This document shows, in pieces, positions 52,097 through 64,000 of a DNA stretch of 64,000 nucleotides. Below the pieces are notes generated by a model that saw nothing but the letters and a program-made list of their open reading frames with translations, was not told the DNA's origin and did no database searches. Every line of letters starts with the position of its first letter. The stretch's first letter is position 1. The DNA lies in contig OX597828.1 in NCBI GenBank assembly GCA_951406725.2, forward strand, positions 69,812,001 to 69,876,000, in the 5' to 3' direction. This DNA comes from Octopus vulgaris. Lineage: Eukaryota. The position numbers and the translations under genes are program-made.

Positions 52097-52921
52097 ATTT
52101 ATCAGCGTTAACTACATCCCAAAGATGGAAAACAGCACCCTCCTTAGGGGAAGATTTATAATAATTAAAAAATACAAGAGACATACAATCACACGCACAT
52201 ACATACATAAATACTATACCATACATACTATACCATATATACATACATATGTGTGTGTCGGGGATGTGTGGCTTTGTTACTAAGTGCGCAAACAAACATC
52301 CTACTTATTGATATAGGTACGGGATCAGGCGGTGAGCTGGCAGAATCGTTTGCACGCTCAGCGGCATTTCATCTCTCCCTTACGTTCTGAGTAATTCACA
52401 CTTCCCATCGTAATTCGTGTAAACGAAATATTTTCACTGATAGTACTCAACAGCTAATTAAAAAATAATTAATGTTCTAACGAAAGTCTATGAGAAACCA
52501 ATTAAGGCGAGAGAATAGCATCCAGAATATAGCAAGACAAGCCAGACGGCATGCGCATGCGCACTATGCCTGAAATGTTAGGACGTTCGCTTCGTAATCA
52601 CAACGATCCGGGTTCGCACCCACTGCCTAGCATCAGTGGGAAGCGACATCTTTGTTTTTTTATTGCATTGGATTAATCCATGCTCTCTGAATGAAGCTAA
52701 GTGGGCGGAAACTGTATAGAAGCCCAACTGGGTGGAGGTGGAAATCTTCATGTAATTCAAAAGTTACAGCTTTTTTGCATTGTGTCACGCTTATTCTTTG
52801 CCTGAGAATTATATTAGGATACTCAACCACTTTCACAAAACTTTCGGGAGACGAACAAGTGGATCCTCATCATCGAAGGACGGAGGTCCAATATTTGTAT
52901 GTATACGCACACACACGCACG

Positions 52922-52997
<76 letters not shown>

Positions 52998-53136
52998 CAC
53001 ACACATTAAGATCTTAATATCGAAAAGTGAGAATGAGTCAATAAATAACCAATATTTGTTGATTAATAAGGCTACCATTCGTTTCATGCCGATAATTCTC
53101 AACAATTATCAAGCTTGTTACATACATACATACATA

Positions 53137-54001
53137 TGTGGTCTGATTAATAAGTATCCGGACTGTTGCTACAGTAACGACGCTAAAGCACGCAGAATGA
53201 AGCTGCTACGCACAGGTTGACCTTGAACTCTGCTGTTCATGCGCACTAAGTTTTAACGTTCTACCTCACTTCAGCGGTCTACAGCAGTGCTTGGAAGGAA
53301 CGTGTGTAGCGTGTGTTCGTCGCATTGACCATGACAGAGTAAGTTGAGCAGAGAATCTGCATCAAATTTTACTAAAAGCTTGACGATACCTTCTCAGAGG
53401 CCTACGCAAAGTTTTCATCGTTCTCGACAGAATCAAGGAGATTTTGTGCAACTGAAACCTGAGTGTCAATTTGGTCAGCTGAAAGCAGCTTTGGCACAAA
53501 CGTGGCAGACACACGTCCCATACCCAAATCTTCAGCGATAATGGAATGAACTGTACTGTAACTAATTTGCACATCCGCTGATAACTCACGGATGGTGATT
53601 GGACAATTTCCCTTCAGAGCTGCACATACATCTGTGATGTTTTTGCGGGTCTCCAAGAACATTTATCAATATCGACATTTTTTCGGCCATCTTAGAAACG
53701 TCTGAACCATTCGTACACTTGTGTGCGGCTCATATACTTTCCATACACTTTCTGCCACTTTGCGTAGGCCTTTGAGCAGGTATTGCCATGACAACTTTTT
53801 CTGTCATGATCAATGCGACGACCACGCGCTACACACCTTCCTTCCCGGCACTGCTGAAAGCAGTGGAAGTGATCTAGAACGTTAAAACTAAGTGCACATG
53901 TACAACAGAGTTCAAGGTCAATTTGTGCCAAGCGGCTTTACCTTACATGCTTTAGTTTTGTTACTATGAATACAGTCCGGATACTTATTGATCAGACCTC
54001 G
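53137..54001 (-). mobile_element. Mariner-derived foldback element with ~250-bp inverted ends
   Basis: TIR GGTCTGAT(T/C)AATAAGTATCCGGACTGT and TA TSD. Internal N-terminal transposase: MSRTQVYEWFRRF, ITIRELSADVQISYSTVHSIIAEDLGMGRVSATFVPKLL. Confidence 0.9.
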
Positions 54002-54969
54002 TACGTACGTACATACATACATACATGTTTCTGTCTTAGGACTGCAGCCATGCTGGAGCAGCGCCTTGAAGGGCTTTTTGTTGCACAAATCCACTCCCGT
54101 ATTTCTGTTTTCTAAAAGAACTGCTACATATTCTATTGGTCCGTTTTACCGAACCACTAAGTTACGATCGCGTATACAAACCAACAGCGGTTGTCAAGCG
54201 AGTGAGTGAATGGCAATGAACAGATTTCGGTCTACCGTATTAAAGCGCACCATTGAGTCATAAAGGAAACAGTTTTTCCTTTGAGAAGTGTTTCTCCTAT
54301 AAATTATTTCAACAACCACCCTGTCACTTATTACGTCCTGATGTGGTTTTTTGACGCAAACTCTCTTATTTAATCAACTTCTCACGAATAGAATTTCCGT
54401 GAAAAATATTGTGCAATAATAGCTTTTGCGAATCGATGACGCAATGTCGATGACTTCATAAAAAAACAGAAAGAAAAAAACATAATAGTCGCAGATATTT
54501 AAACATTCTTAGATTAAAATTTTTTTTATGTAAGCATTCATTTTATACGTGTTTTCATCCGTATTTCTGTTCATTGATATCAAATTCACACGTCCTTATA
54601 ATGGATTTCGAACAAAAGCCTTTACATTAAAATGGCTCACAACAAAAGCTTCTTCAATAAACTCGCATTCATTGAGTAATCTCCCGGAAGCGGCAGTCAT
54701 TAGAGCACCAGATAGATTGCCTTTGAGGTAACTATTTCCACTCCCTGCTCTCTGAGTTCGAATTACGTCGAGGTCAACTTTGCTTTTCATTCTCTCGGGG
54801 CCGATAAATAAAGTACCAGTCTTGTAATAGGGTCGAGTCTTCTCTTTCTTTTACTCTTTCTTTCTGTCTCTCACTTTATCTCTCTCCTCTAAGAAATTGG
54901 CTGGGCTCAAACCCGGAGTGGGGTCAGTTCCACCGGGTTTAAAATATCCAAGACTCACTGTATGTAAAT

Positions 54970-55256
54970 TCAGACTTTGGCGGAATTTGAACTCAGAACG
55001 TAGCGGCAGACGAAATACTTATTTCTTTCCTACCCACAAGGGGCTAAACACAGAGGGGACAAACAAGGACAGACAGACGGATTAAGTCGATTATATCGAC
55101 CCCAGTGCGTAACTGGTACTTATTTAATCGACCCCGAAAGGATGAAAGGCAAAGTCGACTTCGGCGGAATTTGAACTCAGAACGTAGCGGCAGACGAAAT
55201 ACCGCTAAGCATTTCGCCCGACCTGCTAATGTTTCTTCTACCAGCTCGCCGCCTTA
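54970..55256 (-). mobile_element. Type B SINE, 1.3-mer with the same junction as the 14-kb array
   Basis: GACGAAATACTTATTTCTTTCCTACCCACAAGG junction at ~55008-55042. Confidence 0.85.
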
Positions 55257-55516
55257 CAATATAAACATAACAATGTAATATAATATATAATTTAACTTGA
55301 TTAGACCCAAACCGTTTCCGATCCGTGAAATGTCCTTCACCAGGATATTTTAATAAATTGAGTTGTTTTCTTTCGGATTTTGATTGACACAAATCTCCAC
55401 ATAAACTGTTCCGTCACATTTCGCATTTTAATTTCTAGAAACTACTCATTGCATGGCGGCGTTGAAAATCTTTACGGCAGCTTTCTTCTCGGGCTGAACG
55501 AATATTGAATACACCA

Positions 55517-55585
<69 letters not shown>

Positions 55586-56317
55586 CTCTCTCTCTCGCTC
55601 TTTGTCTCATAGAAACACGTCATAGGTGTCCGTCAGCATCCGGCTAAGACCATTTCCTAGGTTTCTAAACTGACAACTTACTGACGTCCCCAGCCTTGCA
55701 ACACAACAATTCTTGTCGTCCAATAACAACTCAATTCTGTTATGTAATAACAATGATGATAATAACAACAACAACAACAACAAGTGTAATAATGTAAATG
55801 GCTGTGTTTGACATAAACCGGATATGACGTCAATAAGGTCTCACTCGCTCCTCTTGTAACGGCTTTATAATATTCTTTGCAGAAGAGAAAGATATACAGG
55901 ATGTCACCTGTATAGGGTGTATAGTTGGTGCCAATGCACCGGTGTTTGGAGACGAAAGTATCACCCGCGAATGAGTAACATGTACCACGCTTTCGCCAAT
56001 TGTTTTAGTGCCTATGCAGTCACGTGAAAACACATGCTCTCGTCTCTCCAAAGGTTTGACCCAGCGGCGGCTGGGTCCAAGTGAAGGAGAGTGAGAGTTG
56101 CACTAAAACTCGGCTGGTATTCGTTTTCAGCTGGGTAGATTGAATGAAGTGCCTTGCTTAAGGATACAATGAGCCTCTTGATCCAGGAAGTGAACGCACG
56201 ACATTATTATCGCGAACCAAACACTCAAAGCAATCGACCGTGCGTTTTCATATACATCCATGCCTAGATACATGCATACGTGCATATATATGTGTGTGTG
56301 TATATATATATATATGC

Positions 56318-56386
<69 letters not shown>

Positions 56387-58521
56387 TGTATATATAAGCA
56401 TGTATGTATGTATATTAGCATACACGCATATGTACAATCATACAGACACATACATATATTATCAGTATGTTAATGTATGCGTGTATACACACGCTGGTTT
56501 TAAAGAATGGGCGCTTAAGTACTCAATACCCTAGAAGTCTGTGGTATATTGTAGACCAAAATATTGTGTTGTCCTTGATGATTATATTGTCCGGAAAGAC
56601 CGTCTCTGGAGTTTGAAACTAAGATGTTCTACATGCCAACTGGCAGAGAATTAGCGACGTTGGTGGGGTAGACTAAAATCTTGAAAGACCTGGACTGGTT
56701 CATTGAAGACGATACTCAGCTTTTGTGCTTTAATCTTTAGTCAGTCCTGATCCAACGAATTTATGATTAAAGACGTTTGCACAGTAACGTTACGGTTTTT
56801 TTTTAAATTTTAGATTGAAACGATCTTCCGGTAGAATTGGATATTAAACATCTCCAGGATGTTGATGCCTCGTCTGTATTCGAACCACACTTCATTATCA
56901 TACAAAGAAGTGGATACACTGACTAATCGATAGAAGAAGTTTTTTTTTTCTTTTTGCGAACGAGGAGACGTTTGTTTAAAACGTCAAACTTTCTGCTTCA
57001 TTCTCAAGAAGTAAAAGATTTTCGGTGGCGGCTCCGGTTGACTTGCTGCTCCTTAGAAATGCTACCACCTTTAAAATCTGAATAAGAAGTATGTCTAGGT
57101 GTTGCTGTTGTTGTTGTTGTTGAGAAAGAGGACAAGGAAGAAGAAGAAGAGGATGGTGTTGCAGTTTTCCATTGGCGAATGTTATTCTTTTAGAATCGGT
57201 AGAGCATCGGATTTTGTTCCAGTTTTTTTACGTTCTGTGTTCAAATCCTTCGGAAGTGAACTTTGCCTTGCATCCTTTCGGAGTCGATAGCATATATGTA
57301 CCAGTACCAGTCACATACTGGGGTAAATTATTCGACTGGTTGCTCCTCTCTTCGAGCCTAAATAAAACAATCATTCTTTTATTTATTTCAGTTAGTGGAC
57401 TGCGGCCATGCTGGGGTACCACTTTGAAGTATTTCGTCGACTAAATCGAACGTGGTATCTATTTAAAGTCTGTAACTTTTTCTATTGTCACTTTTTGCTG
57501 AACCGCTAAGTTACGGGCAACGTGAACAAGTCAACATCACTGGTCAAGTGGTGAGAGACTGACATATATGCAAAGGCTCATACACATATGACGGGCTTCC
57601 GTGCAGTTTCCGTCAACCAATTTCACTCACAAACATCAGTCAACTCGGAACTATAGTAGAAGACGTTTGCCCTAGGTGCTGCACAGTGAGACTGAACTCA
57701 AGACCATGTGCTTCTGAAGCAAACTGGTTAGCCACACAACCATGCCTTCACAATACATCAAGTACATTCTGTCTTTACGTTCTGAGTTCAAATTCCGCCG
57801 AGGTCGACTTTGCTTTTCACACATTCGGGGTCGATAAATTAAGTACTAGTTGCGTACTGGGGTCGACCTAATCGACTGGCCCTTCCCCCAAATTTCGGGC
57901 CTTGTGCCTAGAGTAGAAAAGAATACATCAAGTATCTGCTTGCCGTTGGTGTCGCCACTGTCGTCGTCGTGGCTGTTGTTGTTTAGACCCCGGTCAGTCC
58001 ACATCCTGCCATTAAACCTAAGATCAAAGACCTTAATAACCATAACTACACTAATCAACATGTCTTTATGTTTTAATTCAATAATGTGTGATTTAAGAGA
58101 GTGGTTTGGCTGTTATATCTAGCTTATGAACCGATCGCACACTAGCACCGTCCTTGCTTTCGTAAAACTCAGAGTAACCTGGAACGGTAAAAGGAACCAG
58201 ATTTAAAAGAACATACAACCAGCGCCACGCGGTGGGCGACGGAGGCGTGTTGTGAGGGGACATGACCCAGTTGTGAGTCTAAAACAGACGCCCGAAGATT
58301 GATAGGAGACGAACTGCAGAAGATCTTCAAATATAAGAGGACGTTCTTAATATGTGGGGGCAATGTATTCAGGAGTGAAATAGGGGTTTTAAAAAAGGGA
58401 CTTTCGAATTAACACCGGCCATTGGATTCGATGCAGAGAGGGAAAATGTCTGCAAAAATAACGAAAGGAAAAAGACCTAGATACCGGGAGTTGAGTGCAG
58501 AGTGTGTTGTGTTTGTTTGTT

Positions 58522-58771
58522 TGTATGTATGTATGTATGTATGTATGTATGTATGTATGTATGTATGTATGTATGTATGTATGTATGTATGTATGTATGT
58601 ATGTATGTGTGTATGTATGTATGTATGTATGTATGTATGTATGTATGTATGTATGTATGTATGTATGCATGTATGTATGTATGCATGTATGTATGTATGT
58701 ATGTATGTATGTATGTATGTATGTATGTATGTATGTATGTATGTATGTATGTATGTATGTATGTATGTATG

Positions 58772-58831
<60 letters not shown>

Positions 58832-59246
58832 TGTATGTATGTATGTATGTATGTATGTATGTATGTATGTATGTATGTATGTATGTATGTATGTATGTAT
58901 GTATGTATGTATGTATGTATGTATGTATGTATATATGTATGTATGTGTATGTATGTATGTATGTATGTATGTATGTATGTATGTATGTATGTATGTATGT
59001 ATGTATGTATGTATGTATGTATGTATGTATGTATGTATGTATGTATGTATGTATGTATGTATGTATGTATGTATGTATGTATGTATGTATGTATGTATGT
59101 ATGTATGTATGTATGTATGTATGTATGTATGTATGTATGTATGTATGTATATGTATGTATGTATGTATGTATATATGTATGTATGTATGTATGTATATGC
59201 ATGATTATGTATGTATGTATGTATGTATGTATGTATGTATTATGAT

Positions 59247-59278
<32 letters not shown>

Positions 59279-59396
59279 TGTATGTATGTATGTATGTATG
59301 TATGTATGTATGTATGTATGTATGTATGTATGTATGTATGTATGTATGTATGTATGTATGTATGTATGTATGTATGTATGTATGTATATATGTATG

Positions 59397-59428
<32 letters not shown>

Positions 59429-59594
59429 TGTATGTATGTATGTATGTATGTATGTATGTATGTATGTATGTATGTATGTATGTATGTATGTATGTATGTA
59501 TGTATGTATGTATGTATGTATGTATGTATGTATGTATGTATGTATGTATGTATGCATGTATGTATGTATATATGTATGTATGAATGTATGTATG

Positions 59595-59628
<34 letters not shown>

Positions 59629-60300
59629 TGTATGTATGTATGTATGCATGTATGTATGTATGTATGTATGTATGTATGTATGTATGTATGTATGTATGTA
59701 TGTATGTATGTATGTATGTATGTATGTATGTATGTATGTATGTATGTATGTATGTATGTATGTATGTATGTATGTATGTATGTATGTATGTATGTATGTA
59801 TGTATGCATGTATGTATGTATATATGTATGTATGTGTGTATGTATGTATGTATGTATGTATGTATGTATGTATGCATGCATGCATGCATGCATGTATGTA
59901 TGTATGTATGTATGTATGTATATGTGTAGATACATACATATATATGTATATATATATGTATGTTTGTATGTATGTATGTATGTATGTATGTATGTATGTA
60001 TGTATGCATGTATGTATGCATGTATGTATGTATGTATGTATGTATATGTGTAGATACATACATATATATGTATATATATATGTATGTTTGTATGTATGTA
60101 TGCATGTATGTATGCATGTATGTATGTATGTAAATTCATACATATATATGTATATATATGTACGTGGATATAAGTATGTATATATATATGTATATATATG
60201 TATGTGGGTATACATATGTGTATATATATGTATGTGTATATGTATATGTGTATATATATATTTGTATATATACATGCATATATATATATGCATGCACACA
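58522..60300. repeat. Very long (TATG)n tetranucleotide array (~1.6 kb) degenerating into TA/TG
   Basis: Direct inspection. Source of the 250-550-aa spurious ORFs. Confidence 0.97.
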
Positions 60301-60498
60301 CACACACACACACACATGTACACATATACATGCAAACTCACACATACATTCATACAAACAGTCGTACGTGTGTGCGTAAGTGTGTGTGTGTGTGTGTGTG
60401 TGTGAATATTTAAAGAAGGAAACAGGTTTATGACAAAGGCAGAAGTCAGGTCTCTGGGTGAGAAACTACAATGTGTGCAATGTACACACGTATCCGTG

Positions 60499-60534
<36 letters not shown>

Positions 60535-62230
60535 TGTAAGTGTTTGTGTGAGAGGAAGAGGTGGGGTGTCGGTGTTGTCGTCGATGCAATGGCAACTGAG
60601 ATGTTTTAATCTGGATAAATGGAAAAAAAAAAATAAAAAAATAAAAATTAAATCATAATAAAATCAAATATAAAAAAAAGAAAAAATATAGAAGAAAAAT
60701 TAAAGAATTACTGCTTTGGAATAAAAAATATAAAAATCCTTCTCACATGGACACATGAACGTTTAAAGAGAGAGAAGTGGGGCGGGGGGGGGTGTAGACT
60801 GTTAATTATGTAATATAATTAGAATAAGTAATTAATTCAATTGTTAATTAGCAGTGGAGATCAGAAGTACTTCTAGAAAGAGACGTTTGGTCTAATTGCC
60901 GATATAAATAGCTGAAAGTATCTAGGTTGGTTTGGTTAGTATGTCGCCGTTGGTGATGCTGTTGTCGTTGTTGTTGTTGTTGTGAGGCTAAGACAGGCCA
61001 CGTCTTGATCGGGCAGACCTATGATCAACGAGTCCAGCCATGACCATCGCGCATATTTTGAGTCCCAAGAAGAGATTATAGTGTCTAAAGTAGGCATGGA
61101 TAACCCTTTTTCGAGAAGGGAGCCGCTCTACTAACATATAATTTCAAAGCAATTTTTCGTTAGGTTTACCATTCAGAAAGTCCCACGGGCCGCACTTTGC
61201 CTATGGCTGGTCTAAAGGATAGTCTTCTTGAAGGTGCCAGCGTGTACAGTAACCTAGCTAATGAGAGGGAGATGAGCCATAGGGAGGGGGGATCGTCGCC
61301 GGGTGACACTTTAATGGGGGCGGCACTTTGCGTCTGTGGTATAAACTTGTCGTGGTTGTATTGCCTGAGGGTGGGGAGCTCAAGGACTGTCCCGGGTGCC
61401 ACACACACACTTTGGTAATGCCATTGATGAACGTGTGATTTGAAAGATATTTAGCAATCCTGCTTGCCGTTGTTGTTTAACCCCAGGTTAGTCTTGATCG
61501 AGCAAATCAGTGAACAAAGACACCCCAGCCGTGGCCACAACACCTCTTTGAACATATTGCTCAATTCTGAGCATTTATTTATGGCGCTAACGTATGAGAT
61601 GAAATTATAATTGTTGCTGTTGTGGTTGTTAGGCAACAATACGTACATCTCGATCGGGCAGACCTATGATCAAAGCCATTCCGACCATGACCATCCTGTC
61701 TTTTAGCTCTCCGTGCAGAGAACACAAGATTGTTTTGTCCAACGTGTCCTTTTCTAAGACGACAAGGAGCGATTTGCTGGAAGCTGGTTGCTATGTCTAG
61801 CCGAATGAATCCCTATGCAGAGATCTCTAGTTGTGTGTGACGTCAGACATGGATCAATCACAAGTCAGAATCCCAATATTTGGATCAGCGTGCTTCGTGT
61901 GTCTGGATCAAGGATCTGATCCTCCAGTGTAGGAATTATTTTTTCTTTTTATTATAGACAGAGGGTTTGAAATTTGTAGGAGGAGGGGGGACAAATCGAT
62001 TGCATTGACCCAAGTACTTGATTGATGCTTATTTTATCGATCACGAAAAGAAGAAAAGCAAAGTGGATCTCAACAGAATTTAAATCCGGAGCGTAAAGAG
62101 CCGGAAGGAATACTGCTAAGCATTTTGTCCGGCATGCTAACTTCTGCCTACTCAGAGCCTTTTTTGAGAATTAAAAACAAAAAGAAAAGACACACACCGA
62201 ATGCATATTGTAGTTGTTGCTGATTTTGTC

Positions 62231-62262
<32 letters not shown>

Positions 62263-63374
62263 AAGAGAGAGAGAAAGAGAGAGGGAGAGAGAGAAAGAAA
62301 GAGTGAGAGAGAGAAAGAGAGAGCGAGAGAAAGAGAAAGAGAGAGTGAGAGAAAGAGGACTCGACTAGTACCTATTTACGGCTGAATAAACTGGCACAAC
62401 ATCAAAATGAAGTTCCTCGTGTGCCTTGCCCAAGGACTTAATTCATTGCCTGAGTGACCCAGGAATCGAACACCCGTTCTTTTTCTTATGAGCTGAACAC
62501 CTTAACCGCTAGGCCACGTCACTTAACGCCGAGATTAGAAATAATTAATATCCCTCGCCACACCTTACTCTGCTCGGTGTTTCCCTCTCCTCTGGAATCT
62601 ACTTAACCTAGGTATCGAACTCCCAACTGCTCTACTGCTTGGTATAACATTAAATGACCCAAGGAATTGAACCTTAAACTCTAGTTGCGTATTTAGTTTG
62701 ATGTTACAGTGTGTATGTGTATGCATGCAAAGATATCTGTGTGTGCGTGTGTATGTGTTAGTGTGTGTGTAAGTGTGAGTTCGTGTGTGCAAGCATGCAT
62801 TTGTATGTGTATGTGCTTGTGTACGCGTGTCTATGTGCATATATGTGTGTGTGTGTGTGCATGTGTACGGGTGTGTATTTGTGTATGAGTGTAAGTGGTG
62901 GAGATGGCGGTAGCGATAGTTGCAGTGCGGGATTGAACTGTTACAAGCAGAATTCAAATTTGATTTAGTTTTTAATTGTCTCTGTTAATTGGATAAAGTT
63001 CAGACGACGACGACGACGACGACGATGATGATGCTTGTAAGGATGATGATTATAATGAGGATGATGATATTGATGGTAATGAAAATGATGACGAAAACTA
63101 CGATGGTAGTGCTAAGAAAAATACTCGATGTAATTCATTTGCTTGCAACTGCAACCTCTATTTAAGATTTTCATATTGTTAACCCTTAACATCCCGTGAA
63201 AAATGTTCTCAGTCAAAATCCCTATTCCTGTGATGATTCCCTACTGAAGAGAAATGAATGACAAAAGAAGGAATTAAAGTTTTCTGTTTTACATTCGAGA
63301 GACCCTCACTTCCCTTTTGAAATGAATGTAAACAATGTTAGCACGATTGTTGCGATATCCTGCATTTCGGGACT

Positions 63375-63535
63375 AGCTAAACACAGAGAGGACAAACAAA
63401 GACAGACAAAGGGATCAAGTTGATTACATCGACCCCAGTGCGTAACTGGTACTTAATTTATCGACCCCGAAAGGATGAAAGGCAAAGTCGACCTCGGTGG
63501 AATTTGAACTCGGAACGTAACGACAGACGAAATAC
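63375..63535 (-). mobile_element. Type B SINE unit starting exactly at the GTATTTC junction
   Basis: Homologous to the 184-bp unit. Homology ends at GACGAAATAC-TAT. Confidence 0.8.
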
Positions 63536-63559
63536 TATCTGAGTTATATAGTCCCGTGC

Positions 63560-64000
63560 GGTACTGTGTCTTAAGGCAGTTAAGCATCCATTAGATTGTC
63601 TTACCGAGTCAGTGATGTTGTGTTGCTATGTTAGGTGATTATGATAATGTAGTTATGTTAATATGATAGTAGTACTGGGTCTATATGTCAATATATCAAG
63701 GATATTGTGCCATTGTGCTTGTTATTGTGTTAATATGTTAATGCTAGTGAATCGTGTTATTAAGTTAGTAATATTGTGACAATACGTTAATAATAGCCTG
63801 CCAATGTATTTGTGATTTTATGTCAACGTAGTGTCAATACTGTGATTATATATCAGTGTTATTGTGTCAATATACTCAGTGATATTGTGTCGGTATATTA
63901 GTAACATTGTATCGGTATGTTGTTGATCTTGTGACAATGTCTTAGTGCTTATTGTGTTAATGTGATATCAATATTGTGTTTATAAATCGGAGTTATTGTG
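63560..64000. repeat. Degenerate AT-rich minisatellite (GTGATATTGTGTCAATAT-like ~20-22-bp units)
   Basis: Recurrent ATTGTG / TATGTTA / GTCAATA words. Confidence 0.55.

Noticed and set aside
58389-60413. Long ORFs of 250-546 aa (MYVC/HTYI repeats)
   Set aside because: Translations of the stop-free (TATG)n microsatellite, not genes.
60420-60465. Possible short exon (AG...GG/GTGAG)
   Set aside because: No polypyrimidine tract, no recognisable peptide and no partner exons.

Overview
Repeat-saturated eukaryotic non-coding DNA. The SINE families, the Penelope, RTE and R4 relics and the huge TA/CA/TAGA/TATG microsatellites resemble an Octopus-type coleoid genome (inference). I can support no intact host gene, and almost all long ORFs in the track are microsatellite artefacts. 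The window is a mosaic of tRNA-derived SINEs, LINE fragments (RTE, CR1, Jockey-like, Tx1/L1, R4-type), Penelope-like element (PLE) fragments, Tc1/mariner and hAT transposons/MITEs, and foldback repeats. Four things stand out. (1) About a dozen hammerhead ribozyme (HHR) motifs, two with fully canonical cores (3319-3400 and 47534-47643) and several with recurrent core variants. (2) A six-copy repeat family in which HHR modules occur in a non-standard order (hairpin-GAAA ... CUGANGA), a candidate new circular permutation. (3) A Tx1-like LINE 3' end sitting twice inside (CTAT)n, whose tail is shared with a SINE that repeatedly joins its own family at a GTATTTC site. (4) A CRE/CCAAT/TATA higher-order repeat downstream of a Penelope ORF. 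All structures were paired by eye and coordinates of decayed elements are approximate.
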